Part shown: in pieces, positions 40,273 to 49,726 of the stretch
How the letters are laid out: every line of letters begins with the position of its first letter
How positions within the stretch are numbered: the stretch's first letter is position 1
Source: a virus
Taxonomy: Duplodnaviria; Caudoviricetes
Virus record (IMG/VR): IMGVR_UViG_3300014913_000013
Span: 1 to 61,847 of that record
Reading direction: 5' to 3' (one strand)
Length of the DNA stretch: 61,847 nt
Notes under the pieces: model-generated
What the model saw: only the letters and a program-made list of their open reading frames with translations
What the model was told of the DNA's origin: nothing
Database searches by the model: none
Translations under genes and position numbers: made by a program

Positions 40273-41105
40273 TATTATTTAATACAATAGCATTAGAAAT
40301 AGGAGCAATGTGCAATCGCAAGTGCTGGTTCTGCCCAAATGCGTATAATACACGCCCAGATGAATTTATGCCTTACGAATTGATAAAAAAAATTTTATCT
40401 GAATTAGGCTCTATACAGTATGATAAAAGAATAATATTTTATATATACAACGAACCATTACGTGATAAACGATTGTTAGATATAATCAGGCTATCTAGAA
40501 AAACAGTGCCAAAGGCGACCTTGATGATAGCCACAAATGGGGATTACATAAAGAATACTAAACAAATACAGGAACTATTTAATTCTGGACTTAATCAATT
40601 GCAAATAAATGTCTATTCAAATATGCGTAGGTATAGAAAGTTACTTTCTATAGTAAAAGAGACTGATGCTGAAGAAGGTAATATATACTGTAATACTTCC
40701 CCAAAGAAAAAGTACTATTCAATAGAAATAAAGTTTGATAAGAGATTGACTAAGACAGCATTGAAAATAGGCAGGTTTGAGTTATCTAACAGGAGTGGAC
40801 ATATACCCATAGGTACACCAACAGAACCACTAAAAAGGCTATGTGTACGTCCTTTTAGGGCTATGCAAATTAATTGGAATGGAAAAGTCATACTTTGTTG
40901 TAACGATTACAATGCTGACGTTATTTGTGGTGATGTAAATAAACAAAGCGCCCAGGATATATGGTACAAAAGCACTACACTGGAAATGTATAGGAAAAAA
41001 TTAATAAAATACAACAGGTCTGGTTTGAAATTATGTTCTACATGTTCATTTAAAGGAGGTGAATATCAGCACTTTATTAAAAAGCATTGGCAAGAGTTAG
41101 TATAA
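40269..41105 (+). CDS. radical SAM/SPASM-domain protein
   Basis: CNRKCWFC, NEPL, TNG, C-terminal CVRPF...GKVILCCND...CSTC. Confidence 0.88.
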   Translation: MILFNTIALEIGAMCNRKCWFCPNAYNTRPDEFMPYELIKKILSELGSIQYDKRIIFYIYNEPLRDKRLLDIIRLSRKTVPKATLMIATNGDYIKNTKQIQELFNSGLNQLQINVYSNMRRYRKLLSIVKETDAEEGNIYCNTSPKKKYYSIEIKFDKRLTKTALKIGRFELSNRSGHIPIGTPTEPLKRLCVRPFRAMQINWNGKVILCCNDYNADVICGDVNKQSAQDIWYKSTTLEMYRKKLIKYNRSGLKLCSTCSFKGGEYQHFIKKHWQELV

Positions 41106-41115
41106 GGAGTATCAC

Positions 41116-43047
41116 ATGGCATTTTTCAAAAAGAATACTATAACAAAACCCAACTGTGTGTCATGTGGGCTATATAAAGATTGTTTATCCCCACATATGA
41201 AATTTTCTGGTGAAGGTGGAAAAGAAATATTAATAATAGCAGAAGCTCCTGGTAAATATGAAGATGAAAGGGGGGTACAATTAGTAGGTAAAGCAGGACA
41301 AAGGTTACGTAAAGAGTTACGTTTATTAGGAATAAAATTAAATAAAGATTGTTGGAAAGTAAATGCTGTAAACTGTAGGCCAATAGATAATAAAGGTGGT
41401 AATGCCACACCAACTCCTAAACAAATAGAATGTTGTAGACCATACGTTGTAAACACTATAAAAACGTTAAAACCTAAGAAAATAATATTATTAGGTAATA
41501 TAGCACTACAATCTTTTTATAAAGATAGGCCAAACAAGGGCATAGGTATATCTGCAGGTCTAAAGTTTTGGGATAGTACGTATAAAGCGTGGGTATATCC
41601 TATATGGCACCCATCATATATAGAACGTATGAGTTATGATGATCTGCTTGCAGCTGAATTTGTCAGGTGTCTAAAACGGGCCATTGATGATGACCCTACC
41701 CCATTACAAAAACAATGGAATAAAACCTATCCAATATCTGATTATAAATATGCAGTAAATGCGCTCACAAATTGCCTAAAAAATGATACAATAATTGCAA
41801 TAGACTATGAAACAACCGGCCTTGATATGTATAAGGAAGGGCATAAAACAGTATCATTCGCATGGGCAAATCATAAAGGTTCCTGGTCAGTGCCAGTAGA
41901 ACATCCCACCTTTACTAAAAAACAACAGAATAAAATATTATCAATCATACGTAAGATACTCAAGAAGCGTAAAATAAAGAAAATAACACATAATGTATCT
42001 TTTGAGTATCAATGGACTAAAGCTGTATTGGGTGTAGAGCCGCGTAACTTTTTTTATTGTACACAATTAGCAACCCACGTATTAGATAATAGAAGGGGTA
42101 TAACAAAATTAAAATTCCAGGCATTTATGCGGTGGGGTATAGAAGATTATGATGTATTAAGCAAACAATATATTAAAGCAACTAATACCGGCTTTAATAA
42201 CATGCTTAAAATGCCGTTAGACGCTCTTTTACAGTACAATGCATATGATACCCTATATACTTTTGAATTGTACCGTGAGCAGCTTACAGAGTTTGTAGGA
42301 AATGAACTGAAAGCCTACAAGTTTTTTCATAGAGGGGCACTCACATTATCTGAAATGAGTTACAACGGTATAAAAATAAAAGAGGCTTTTTATTTACAGC
42401 AAAGAAAAGAGTTAGTAAAAAAACGCGACAAACTTGTAAAGAAAATAATGAGTACAAAGGAAGTAAGTACTTTCAAAAAGAGGTACGGCTCATTTAATTA
42501 TGATAGTCCAAAAGACTTACAAGTTATCCTGTTTAAATTAATGAAGTTGAAACCAATAAAAGAGACAAAGACTGGGTACAGTGTAGATGAAGAAGTATTA
42601 GGTAAATTAAACGTGCCCCTTACTAATGATATAGTTAAGGTACGTAAAATAAATAAGATGATATCTACATATATAGATAATTATCTTAAACTAACACAAG
42701 AAGGCGTACTGCACCCCACCTTTTCGCTTAGTAGGGCGCGGTCATTTAGGAGTTGTATTGCGGAAGGTTCTCTTATTTCTACAACTAATGGGTACGTACC
42801 AATTGAAAAAGTGCCAGTAGGTTCTACTGTACATTGTTTTGATTCTAAAATGAAACCAGTCAAAAAAACAGTAGTATGGTCTGGGTGCACTGGATATAAG
42901 AAAGTAATAGCGTTAACTATCAAAAAAAGCTCTGGTGCATTGTGTACTATTAAATGTACACCAGAACATAAAATAAGGTTACAAGACGGATCTTACAAAA
43001 GAGCTGATTCATTATTACCAACAGATAACATATCGGAGGAATATTAA
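41116..43047 (+). CDS. polA: DNA polymerase family A, N-terminal part: family-4 UDG-like domain, 3'-5' exonuclease, start of Pol domain, IntN
   Basis: AEAPGKYED, HPSY (UDG); IDYETTG, HNVSFE, YNAYD (exo); SVDEEVL; ends in an intein N-fragment. Confidence 0.9.
   Translation: MAFFKKNTITKPNCVSCGLYKDCLSPHMKFSGEGGKEILIIAEAPGKYEDERGVQLVGKAGQRLRKELRLLGIKLNKDCWKVNAVNCRPIDNKGGNATPTPKQIECCRPYVVNTIKTLKPKKIILLGNIALQSFYKDRPNKGIGISAGLKFWDSTYKAWVYPIWHPSYIERMSYDDLLAAEFVRCLKRAIDDDPTPLQKQWNKTYPISDYKYAVNALTNCLKNDTIIAIDYETTGLDMYKEGHKTVSFAWANHKGSWSVPVEHPTFTKKQQNKILSIIRKILKKRKIKKITHNVSFEYQWTKAVLGVEPRNFFYCTQLATHVLDNRRGITKLKFQAFMRWGIEDYDVLSKQYIKATNTGFNNMLKMPLDALLQYNAYDTLYTFELYREQLTEFVGNELKAYKFFHRGALTLSEMSYNGIKIKEAFYLQQRKELVKKRDKLVKKIMSTKEVSTFKKRYGSFNYDSPKDLQVILFKLMKLKPIKETKTGYSVDEEVLGKLNVPLTNDIVKVRKINKMISTYIDNYLKLTQEGVLHPTFSLSRARSFRSCIAEGSLISTTNGYVPIEKVPVGSTVHCFDSKMKPVKKTVVWSGCTGYKKVIALTIKKSSGALCTIKCTPEHKIRLQDGSYKRADSLLPTDNISEEY
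42754..43044 (+). mobile_element. split intein N-fragment (97 aa)
   Basis: CIAEGSLI block A, CTPEHKI block B, then stop. Confidence 0.85.
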
Positions 43048-43172
43048 TGGGGACATTATTAAACGTAGTAGATGTGGGGTATACGAACGTGTACGATTTA
43101 GAAATAGAAGATGAGCACAATTTTTTTGTTGATGGAATTTGTGTCCACAATAGTTCATCTAATCCCAACTTT
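43047..43172 (+). CDS. polA: DNA polymerase C-terminal part, exon 1: IntC (35 aa, 43047-43151) + SSSNPNF
   Basis: GGAGGA RBS, TAATG overlap; MGTLLNVVDVGYTNVYDLEIEDEHNFFVDGICVHN|SSSNPNF; too short for the ORF track. Confidence 0.88.
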
Positions 43173-44122
43173 TAATTTTGGAAGTTGTAAAAGCCGTTGA
43201 ATTGCTGGAACCTCCTAAAGACACACAGCTACAGCAGAATTGGTGACAATAAATGCGAACGCTCAAAAATGTGTTGTATGATTTCTCTATTTGGGGTATT
43301 ATGTACATTAGTTAATTTAAAAATACAAGATAGAGGATGAAATGGACAATCAGCAGCCAAGCAACTTAACAGGAATACAAACTTTAGCCCGTAATGCAAA
43401 ATTTGGTGATGGATATTATTGGAAACATCCAGAATGTGTCAACTATAAAATCATTTTCACTTCTACAGATAAAGGATTATTAAAAAAGAAAATGGGGCTA
43501 TGCCCATCTTTATTCCCATCTGGTGTTTCTTTGTATAGAAAAGGTGGCGCTGTAACCAATTATTGCACAAACAGCAAGCCATTGTACAAATTGACTTCTT
43601 TGGTACACCCTATATTTACAATTTATTATGGTATGCCCAAAGAAACTGTACTGCCTGAAATGACATTATTTGATTTTGCATTGTGGTACTTAGATGATGG
43701 TAGTTACATAGCTAGACCCCCAAGAGGACATAGATTTATGATTCATATTGGGGATGCTGCTACAGGAAACAATAGAAAAGCTGCCTTTTTATCTAAGGTC
43801 AGAGAATTATTCGGTCATATAAAGACTAGAGGTAATTCTATTGGTTTTATTATCAAAAATAATTCCAAAGCTACTGAAAACAATCTAACATGGAAAATGC
43901 CTGTACCATATGGGTTACGTATAATACAGGAGTTGAAGCATTTCTATGTTATTCCTAATAAGTTTCCTAAAGTTGAAGGTTCAGAGACTATCCCATATGG
44001 GAGTACTACTGTAGGGAGAAGCAGTAGGAAGCGGCGGCAACTACATATGTAGTTATGATATAGTCCGAACTCACTGGAAACAGTGAGAGTACATTCAATC
44101 CTGGTCTGTACGCAACATATAG
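43173..44122 (+). mobile_element. group I self-splicing intron in polA
   Basis: 5' exon ends in T and pairs with guide GAAGTTG; P AATTGCTGGAA, Q AATCAGCAG, R TCAGAGACTA, S ATGATATAGTCC; terminal G; ATTTTG pairs with 3' exon CAAAAT; splicing restores NPNF-QNVP. Confidence 0.93.
43342..44052 (+). CDS. intron-encoded LAGLIDADG-type homing endonuclease
   Basis: NAKFGDG and FALWYLDDGS motifs. Confidence 0.8.
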   Translation: MDNQQPSNLTGIQTLARNAKFGDGYYWKHPECVNYKIIFTSTDKGLLKKKMGLCPSLFPSGVSLYRKGGAVTNYCTNSKPLYKLTSLVHPIFTIYYGMPKETVLPEMTLFDFALWYLDDGSYIARPPRGHRFMIHIGDAATGNNRKAAFLSKVRELFGHIKTRGNSIGFIIKNNSKATENNLTWKMPVPYGLRIIQELKHFYVIPNKFPKVEGSETIPYGSTTVGRSSRKRRQLHM

Positions 44123-46198
44123 CAAAATGTGCCTAAACGTGCACCAGAAGCAAAACGTATTGTACGTTCTGGTATGGTCCCTAGAGAAGGAAGGGTGTTA
44201 GGTGAATGTGATTTCTCAGGTGCAGAGATCTCAACTAGTTGTGTAACTTTAGATACAATCATTGATACTATTCACGGTTCAATGACAATGGGTTCTTTAT
44301 TGCGTAGGCTCAGATTAAAAAAAGACACGTATGTATATTCGTATAGTACTGAAAAAGAAAGGATATGTATATCTAAAGTAACCACTGGTGGTATTACAGG
44401 AAGAAATAAAAAAGTATACAAAGTCACTTTAGATAATGGGTCTACTATCAAAGCTACTTCAGACCATAAATTCATGCTTCGTAATGGTTCCTATGCACAA
44501 CTGTGCGAATTGTCTGTAGGAAATAGTTTAATGCCCTTTTACAAAAAAGCAAAAAGGAGGGCCTGCGATGCTGTTTCCTACGAAGATGTGTATTTGAACA
44601 ATGGGTCACATATATTAGCACATAACTTAATAGCTGAAGATGTACATGGTATAATCATAAAAGGTTCTAATTTACTCGTACATCATAAAGATGGTAATGG
44701 GCTAAACAATGATTTAGATAACTTACAAATAATGGATAGAAGAGAGCATATGCGTATTCATTCTATTCAAGGGTGGAAAAGGAGGCCAAATAGGACATTT
44801 AATAAAGAACTTCTGCGTAAAAGGGCCATAGAATTAAACAAAAAACGTAAAGAAGAGTGGACTGAAAAAGATTGGGAGGAATTTAGCCGTAGAGTTAGTG
44901 AAGGAATACGAACAAAACGTAATGGTAATAGGGGAAAATTCAACCCTATGTATGGAAAAATACAAAGTGATACATGCAAAAAAGCTGTTAGTGCTGCTAA
45001 TAAGGGAAGAGTCCCTTGGTGTAAGGGCAAAAAACTGCCCCCATTGACAGAAGAGCACAAAAACAAACTTAGGGTGCCCTGTCCAGAAGAGAGGAAACTA
45101 CGTATAAGTGCTGCATTAAAAGGTAGGGTACTTTCAAAAGAGCATAGAGAAAAATTACGTATACCTAAAACAGAAGAACATAAAAGAAAAATTGCTATAG
45201 CAAAGAAAAAATGGTGGGAAACAAGAGGATTAGAAAAATGCCATGTATGTGGAAGGTCATTCAAAACAGTAACAAATACTCATCTTAAATATGCGCACGA
45301 TATGACACTAGAGGAATACAAAAAAGTACATAATCATAAAATAGTTTCTATTGAAGAATGTGGGTATGAAAATGTATACAATATAAATGTTGAGGGCACT
45401 CACTGTTACTCTGCTAATGGGGTCATTGTAAAGAACTGTTATTATCATAAGGATCCTACTTTCTATGAGTACCAAACAGAAGGTGGTGGGGATATGCATA
45501 GGGATGCCAGTGCTGAAATACTTAAAATAATTGGTGATGAAGTATCTAAACCTGTACGGCAGGCTACTAAAAGTATATGGACATTTGCACAATTTTATGG
45601 TAGTTACTACGGCTCATGTGCTAAACAGGGGTGGGAGGAATACCCATTACTTGTAGATGATGATGGGGCACCTGTACAAATACGTGGCATTAATATAGAT
45701 GAATGGATGAAAAAAACATTCAAAAACTACAGGGTATTTGAAAATCATCTCAAAAAGTTTGAAGATAAATTTTGGAATGATTGGTTTAAAGTATACACAG
45801 AGTGGAAAAAAAGTGTAGTACAAAAATATAAAAAAGATGGGTACATTGAAACATTCATGGGATTTAGGTTTAAAGGGTACATGAATAGCAAACAATGTAC
45901 TAATTATCCAATCCAAGGCACCTCATTCCATTTACTACTGTACACAGCTTACGCTTTTTGGCAGGAATGTATAAAAAGAAATTTGGATACATTAATAATA
46001 GGTCAGATACACGATTCTTTAATATTAGACATACCTATAGATGAAATTGATATTGTTAGTGAAATACTAGTAGATATAATAAGTAATTTACATAAAAAAT
46101 TTACTTGGATGGATTTCCCTATGGGGCTAGATTTCGAAATTAGTGCCCCATACGAACAAGGTGGGTCATTTGCTAAAATGAAAAAGGTTACTATTTGA
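44123..46198 (+). CDS. polA: DNA polymerase C-terminal part, exon 2, with intein
   Basis: QNVPKR, motif A DFSGAE, motif B RQATKSIWTFAQFYG, NYPIQG, motif C QIHDS. Confidence 0.92.
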   Translation, partial: QNVPKRAPEAKRIVRSGMVPREGRVLGECDFSGAEISTSCVTLDTIIDTIHGSMTMGSLLRRLRLKKDTYVYSYSTEKERICISKVTTGGITGRNKKVYKVTLDNGSTIKATSDHKFMLRNGSYAQLCELSVGNSLMPFYKKAKRRACDAVSYEDVYLNNGSHILAHNLIAEDVHGIIIKGSNLLVHHKDGNGLNNDLDNLQIMDRREHMRIHSIQGWKRRPNRTFNKELLRKRAIELNKKRKEEWTEKDWEEFSRRVSEGIRTKRNGNRGKFNPMYGKIQSDTCKKAVSAANKGRVPWCKGKKLPPLTEEHKNKLRVPCPEERKLRISAALKGRVLSKEHREKLRIPKTEEHKRKIAIAKKKWWETRGLEKCHVCGRSFKTVTNTHLKYAHDMTLEEYKKVHNHKIVSIEECGYENVYNINVEGTHCYSANGVIVKNCYYHKDPTFYEYQTEGGGDMHRDASAEILKIIGDEVSKPVRQATKSIWTFAQFYGSYYGSCAKQGWEEYPLLVDDDGAPVQIRGINIDEWMKKTFKNYRVFENHLKKFEDKFWNDWFKVYTEWKKSVVQKYKKDGYIETFMGFRFKGYMNSKQCTNYPIQGTSFHLLLYTAYAFWQECIKRNLDTLIIGQIHDSLILDIPIDEIDIVSEILVDIISNLHKKFTWMDFPMGLDFEISAPYEQGGSFAKMKKVTI
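44240..45436 (+). mobile_element. intein (399 aa) with HNH endonuclease and NUMOD3-like repeats
   Basis: CVTLDT start, ATSDHKF, VHHKDGNGLNNDLDNL, EEHKxK repeats, ends GVIVKN|C. Confidence 0.9.
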
Positions 46199-46217
46199 TT
46201 GTACAATGAAAAATAGG

Positions 46218-46246
46218 TTGACTTCTTATTTACTATATGGTATATG
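46218..46246 (+). promoter_or_regulatory. sigma70-type phage promoter
   Basis: TTGACT-N17-TATATG. Confidence 0.75.
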
Positions 46247-46255
46247 TAGCACACT

Positions 46256-46804
46256 ATGAATGAATTTGACGGAAAATTAAAGTTTAGAGATTGGGATGAG
46301 TATGACCTCCATGAAGACGCTAAATTTGATAAGTATGCATTAGATATTGATGCAGAAAATCAAGCACAGTTAATGGAGAAATGGGTAACTTTACTCTCTC
46401 AAGCACAGGCTGAATTGTTAAAGGCGAAGGAGGTGGTGCTACATCAAGAAGCTAAATTATTCTTAAAGGTAAAAACTGAGGGTGTTCCTGCACTAGGACC
46501 CAAACCCACAGAAGCTACCGTTAAAGCGTGGGTACACACCCAACCTGAATATAGAAAAGCGCAAAGACGTAAAAGAAAAGCACAAAATAACGTGCAATAT
46601 TTACAAAATGCTAAATCCGTAATGGAAAACAGAAAATCTATGATAAAGGTTGAGGCCAATCTGTGGATAACAGGGTATTTTGCACGCCCTCATATAAAAG
46701 AGGACGTTAAAAAGGAACTAGATGAAAGTCGCAGATTACAATGCGCCAATGAACTTAAAAAGTCCATGATTAAAAGACATAGACGTCAACTAGAGGAAAA
46801 ATAA
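46256..46804 (+). CDS. putative recombination mediator (UvsY-like coiled coil)
   Basis: helical, KPTEATVKAWV; upstream of SSB and RecA. Confidence 0.45.
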   Translation: MNEFDGKLKFRDWDEYDLHEDAKFDKYALDIDAENQAQLMEKWVTLLSQAQAELLKAKEVVLHQEAKLFLKVKTEGVPALGPKPTEATVKAWVHTQPEYRKAQRRKRKAQNNVQYLQNAKSVMENRKSMIKVEANLWITGYFARPHIKEDVKKELDESRRLQCANELKKSMIKRHRRQLEEK

Positions 46805-46805
46805 A

Positions 46806-47771
46806 ATGGCAAAGCGAATAAACATGCGAGACAAAATGAAGAAGTCCCTTGGAAAGCGTACACAAGAGTCCCATAAAAATAGGGATAGTGGTGGGGGCAT
46901 TAAAAATTATTTTAATGAATCAAAAATGGAAGGTGTGTCTACTTGGTGGGCTGGTAAAGGAGATCATATAATTGATATTATACCATACATTGCTGGAAAG
47001 CATGATCCACGTAATGAAGAAGGGGAGCCTTCTTACGTACTTGATATTGAAGTACATAGATATGTAGGCCCTATGGATGATATGGTAGTATGCCTAGAAC
47101 AGTATGGTAAACCCTGTCCTATATGTGAACGTTCTAGGGAACTCAATAGGGAGGGGGCTGATTGGAAAACTGAGATAAAACCCCTCAAACCAAGCCGTAG
47201 AGCTATGTACAATGTTATTGTACGTGATGACGGTGAAATGGAAAAGAAGGGTGTACAGGTATTTGAAATAGCTCACTGGTTTATGGAAAGACACCTTGCT
47301 AAAATAGCCAAAGATCCTCGTGGTGGGGGCTTTACAGTTTTTAGTGATCCAGATGAAGGTAAATCTATATCCTTTGAGCGCACTGGTGTAGGTTCTGAAA
47401 ACACAATGTACGGTGGGCACAGATTTGCTGATAGGCCAAACCCTATTTCAGATGAAGAGCTTGATTCTGCTTATTGTTTAGATGACCTCATTGAAATAAA
47501 AGACTACGATGAAATATACAGTATATTTTATGGGGAATCTTCTGACAATGAAGAAGATGCTGATGATACAGAACCAAATACTTCAAATGAAGAAATTGAG
47601 GATGAAGAAGAAGCACCACCCAAACGTAGGAATAAAAGTAAGAAAAGTAAGCGTAAGCGTGCCCCAAAATGTCCACATGGGTTTGTCATAGGTGAAGATA
47701 TTGATGAATATGACGAATGTGAAGAGTGCGAAAAATGGGATGAATGTAATGATATTGCAGATGCTATGTAA
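46806..47771 (+). CDS. single-stranded DNA-binding protein (gp32-like)
   Basis: H...C...PCPICE zinc motif, acidic tail, context. Confidence 0.7.
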   Translation: MAKRINMRDKMKKSLGKRTQESHKNRDSGGGIKNYFNESKMEGVSTWWAGKGDHIIDIIPYIAGKHDPRNEEGEPSYVLDIEVHRYVGPMDDMVVCLEQYGKPCPICERSRELNREGADWKTEIKPLKPSRRAMYNVIVRDDGEMEKKGVQVFEIAHWFMERHLAKIAKDPRGGGFTVFSDPDEGKSISFERTGVGSENTMYGGHRFADRPNPISDEELDSAYCLDDLIEIKDYDEIYSIFYGESSDNEEDADDTEPNTSNEEIEDEEEAPPKRRNKSKKSKRKRAPKCPHGFVIGEDIDEYDECEECEKWDECNDIADAM

Positions 47772-47830
47772 TTAATAATAAGGGGTAGTATTCATTTACT
47801 GCCCCACACTCTACACTTTGAGGGACAAAA

Positions 47831-48886
47831 ATGGTACGCAGACGTAGAAGTAAAATGGATGAAGCAGTTGAATCTGTTAAAGAATCTGCTGAAATGGAAC
47901 CACTGGAAGATCTGGTGGTAAATTGGAAACAAACACTCAGTACTGGCAGCACTCTATTAGATCTTGCAATAAGTTCAGGAAGAAAGTATGGTGGCGGTGT
48001 TCCAGGAGGCATACTGATGGAAGTGTATGGTAGATCTGGTTCTGGAAAAACATCTATACTTAGTGAGTTGTGTGGTTCTGCACAAGCTAATGGTGGAGAA
48101 ATATTCTTTGCAGATCCTGAAGCACGTTTAGATAAAGAGTATGCAAGAACATATGGTGTAGAAGTACCTAAAAATGCATATTTTCAACCAGATACAGTAA
48201 CAGAACTATTCGATAAATTTGGAAATTGGAAACCTGACACTAATAATACTATTAACGTATTTGCAGCAGACTCACTTGCAGCTCTTTCAACTGACCTAGA
48301 AATGGAGAAGGGTGATAAAATGGGTATGAGAAGGGCTAAAGAGTTTAGTCAGGAATTACGTAAGAAAGCACGTATGATAAATAAAAATAACTGGATTCTA
48401 GCCTGTAGCAATCAAGTGCGTCAGGGTGATTATGGTGATGTGACTCCTGGTGGTAAAGCCGTAGAATTCTATTCTTCATTACGTATAAGTGTTAATCAAG
48501 TTGGTAAATTATTTAAAGAAAGACAATTAAAAAAGGATGGCAGGAAAGGCAAGAAAATAAAACGCGCATTTGGAATAGAGTCTAGATGTGTAATAACTAA
48601 ATCATCTATTGACAAGCCGTACAGAGATGTTCCCATTTATATAGTATTTGATTACGGAATAGATAATATAAGAGGCAATCTTCAATGGTTGAAAGATACG
48701 TTAGGTTTAACAACCTATAGGGCAGTAGATAAGACCTACCAACGTATGGATCAGGCTATAGACTGGATTGAGAAAAATGATTATGAAGAAGCCCTAGAAA
48801 AAGAAGTTATTGAATTATGGCAAGAGGTAGAAGAAGCATTTCAACAAAAGAGAAAAAAGAAAAATAGAGGGGCAAAACATGGGTAG
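47831..48886 (+). CDS. recA: RecA/UvsX recombinase
   Basis: STGSTLLD, GRSGSGKT, DPEARLD, DSLAAL, NQVR, TPGGKAVEFYSSLR. Confidence 0.93.
   Translation: MVRRRRSKMDEAVESVKESAEMEPLEDLVVNWKQTLSTGSTLLDLAISSGRKYGGGVPGGILMEVYGRSGSGKTSILSELCGSAQANGGEIFFADPEARLDKEYARTYGVEVPKNAYFQPDTVTELFDKFGNWKPDTNNTINVFAADSLAALSTDLEMEKGDKMGMRRAKEFSQELRKKARMINKNNWILACSNQVRQGDYGDVTPGGKAVEFYSSLRISVNQVGKLFKERQLKKDGRKGKKIKRAFGIESRCVITKSSIDKPYRDVPIYIVFDYGIDNIRGNLQWLKDTLGLTTYRAVDKTYQRMDQAIDWIEKNDYEEALEKEVIELWQEVEEAFQQKRKKKNRGAKHG
48672..48872 (+). repeat. about 200-bp direct repeat, copy 1 (recA 3' end)
   Basis: near-identical to 49348-49541. Confidence 0.92.
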
Positions 48887-49547
48887 GACGAAAACTCATG
48901 TAAGCATTAGACTTAAAAGAAATGTTAACCATATACCTTCAGGATGTTGGGAGTGGAACAAGGCATTGTTTAAGGATGGATACGGACAAATACAGGAAGG
49001 AGGTAAATCTCAAAGAGCACATAGAGTTTCCTATACTACATTTGTCGGTGCAATACCAAAAGGCATAAAAGTATGTCATAAGTGTGACAACCCAAAATGT
49101 ATTAACCCAAATCATTTGTTTTTAGGCACAGATGCTGAAAACATGAGGGATAGAGATAATAAGGGCAGAGGTCCACAAGGTGAGCGCAATGGTAATAGTA
49201 AATTGTCAGAAGCAGAAGTGTCAACCATTAGAGTTTTGCGTGGTTATGGATATAACCAACTACGTGTGGCTGAATTTTTTAATGTTAGTGTAATAACAGT
49301 AAGCCGTATCCATAGAAAACTTCTATGGAAGAAGATAGACGACATACGAGGCAATCTTCAATGGTTGAAAGATACGTTAGGTTTAACAACCTATAGGGTA
49401 GTAGATAAGACCTACCAACGTATGGATCAGGCTATAGACTGGATTGAGAAAAATAACCTGGAAGAGGAGCTTCGAAAAGAAGTTATTGAATTATGGCAAG
49501 AGGTAGAAGAAGCATTTCAACACAAAAGAAAAAAGAAAAAAAGGTAA
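48879..49547 (+). CDS. HNH homing endonuclease fused to a duplicate RecA C-terminus
   Basis: GCWEW, AHRVSY, VCHKCDNPKCINPNHLFLGT, HTH, then IRGNLQWLKDTLGL... Confidence 0.9.
   Translation: MGRTKTHVSIRLKRNVNHIPSGCWEWNKALFKDGYGQIQEGGKSQRAHRVSYTTFVGAIPKGIKVCHKCDNPKCINPNHLFLGTDAENMRDRDNKGRGPQGERNGNSKLSEAEVSTIRVLRGYGYNQLRVAEFFNVSVITVSRIHRKLLWKKIDDIRGNLQWLKDTLGLTTYRVVDKTYQRMDQAIDWIEKNNLEEELRKEVIELWQEVEEAFQHKRKKKKR
49348..49541 (+). repeat. direct repeat, copy 2
   Basis: near-identical to 48672-48872. Confidence 0.92.
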
Positions 49548-49726
49548 ATATACAACAAGGTTCTGGTATACGGTGCCCAAAATGTGGGGAATCAACCCAC
49601 GTTAATAACTCTGTACCATTACCTAACAAAAGTATTATGCGTAGATACAGAGAGTGTAATGCATGTGGTCATCGTTTTATGACTGAAGAAGTAATAAAAC
49701 GTGATACTACACCAAGGAAGAAATGA
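49493..49726 (+). CDS. NrdR-like zinc-ribbon protein (start uncertain)
   Basis: CPKCG...RRYRECNACGHRFMTEE; no ATP cone. Confidence 0.65.
   Translation: MARGRRSISTQKKKEKKVNIQQGSGIRCPKCGESTHVNNSVPLPNKSIMRRYRECNACGHRFMTEEVIKRDTTPRKK

Noticed and set aside
48672-49541. Diversity-generating retroelement template/variable repeat pair
   Set aside because: No reverse transcriptase; differences are not adenine-specific; HNH insertion explains the duplication.
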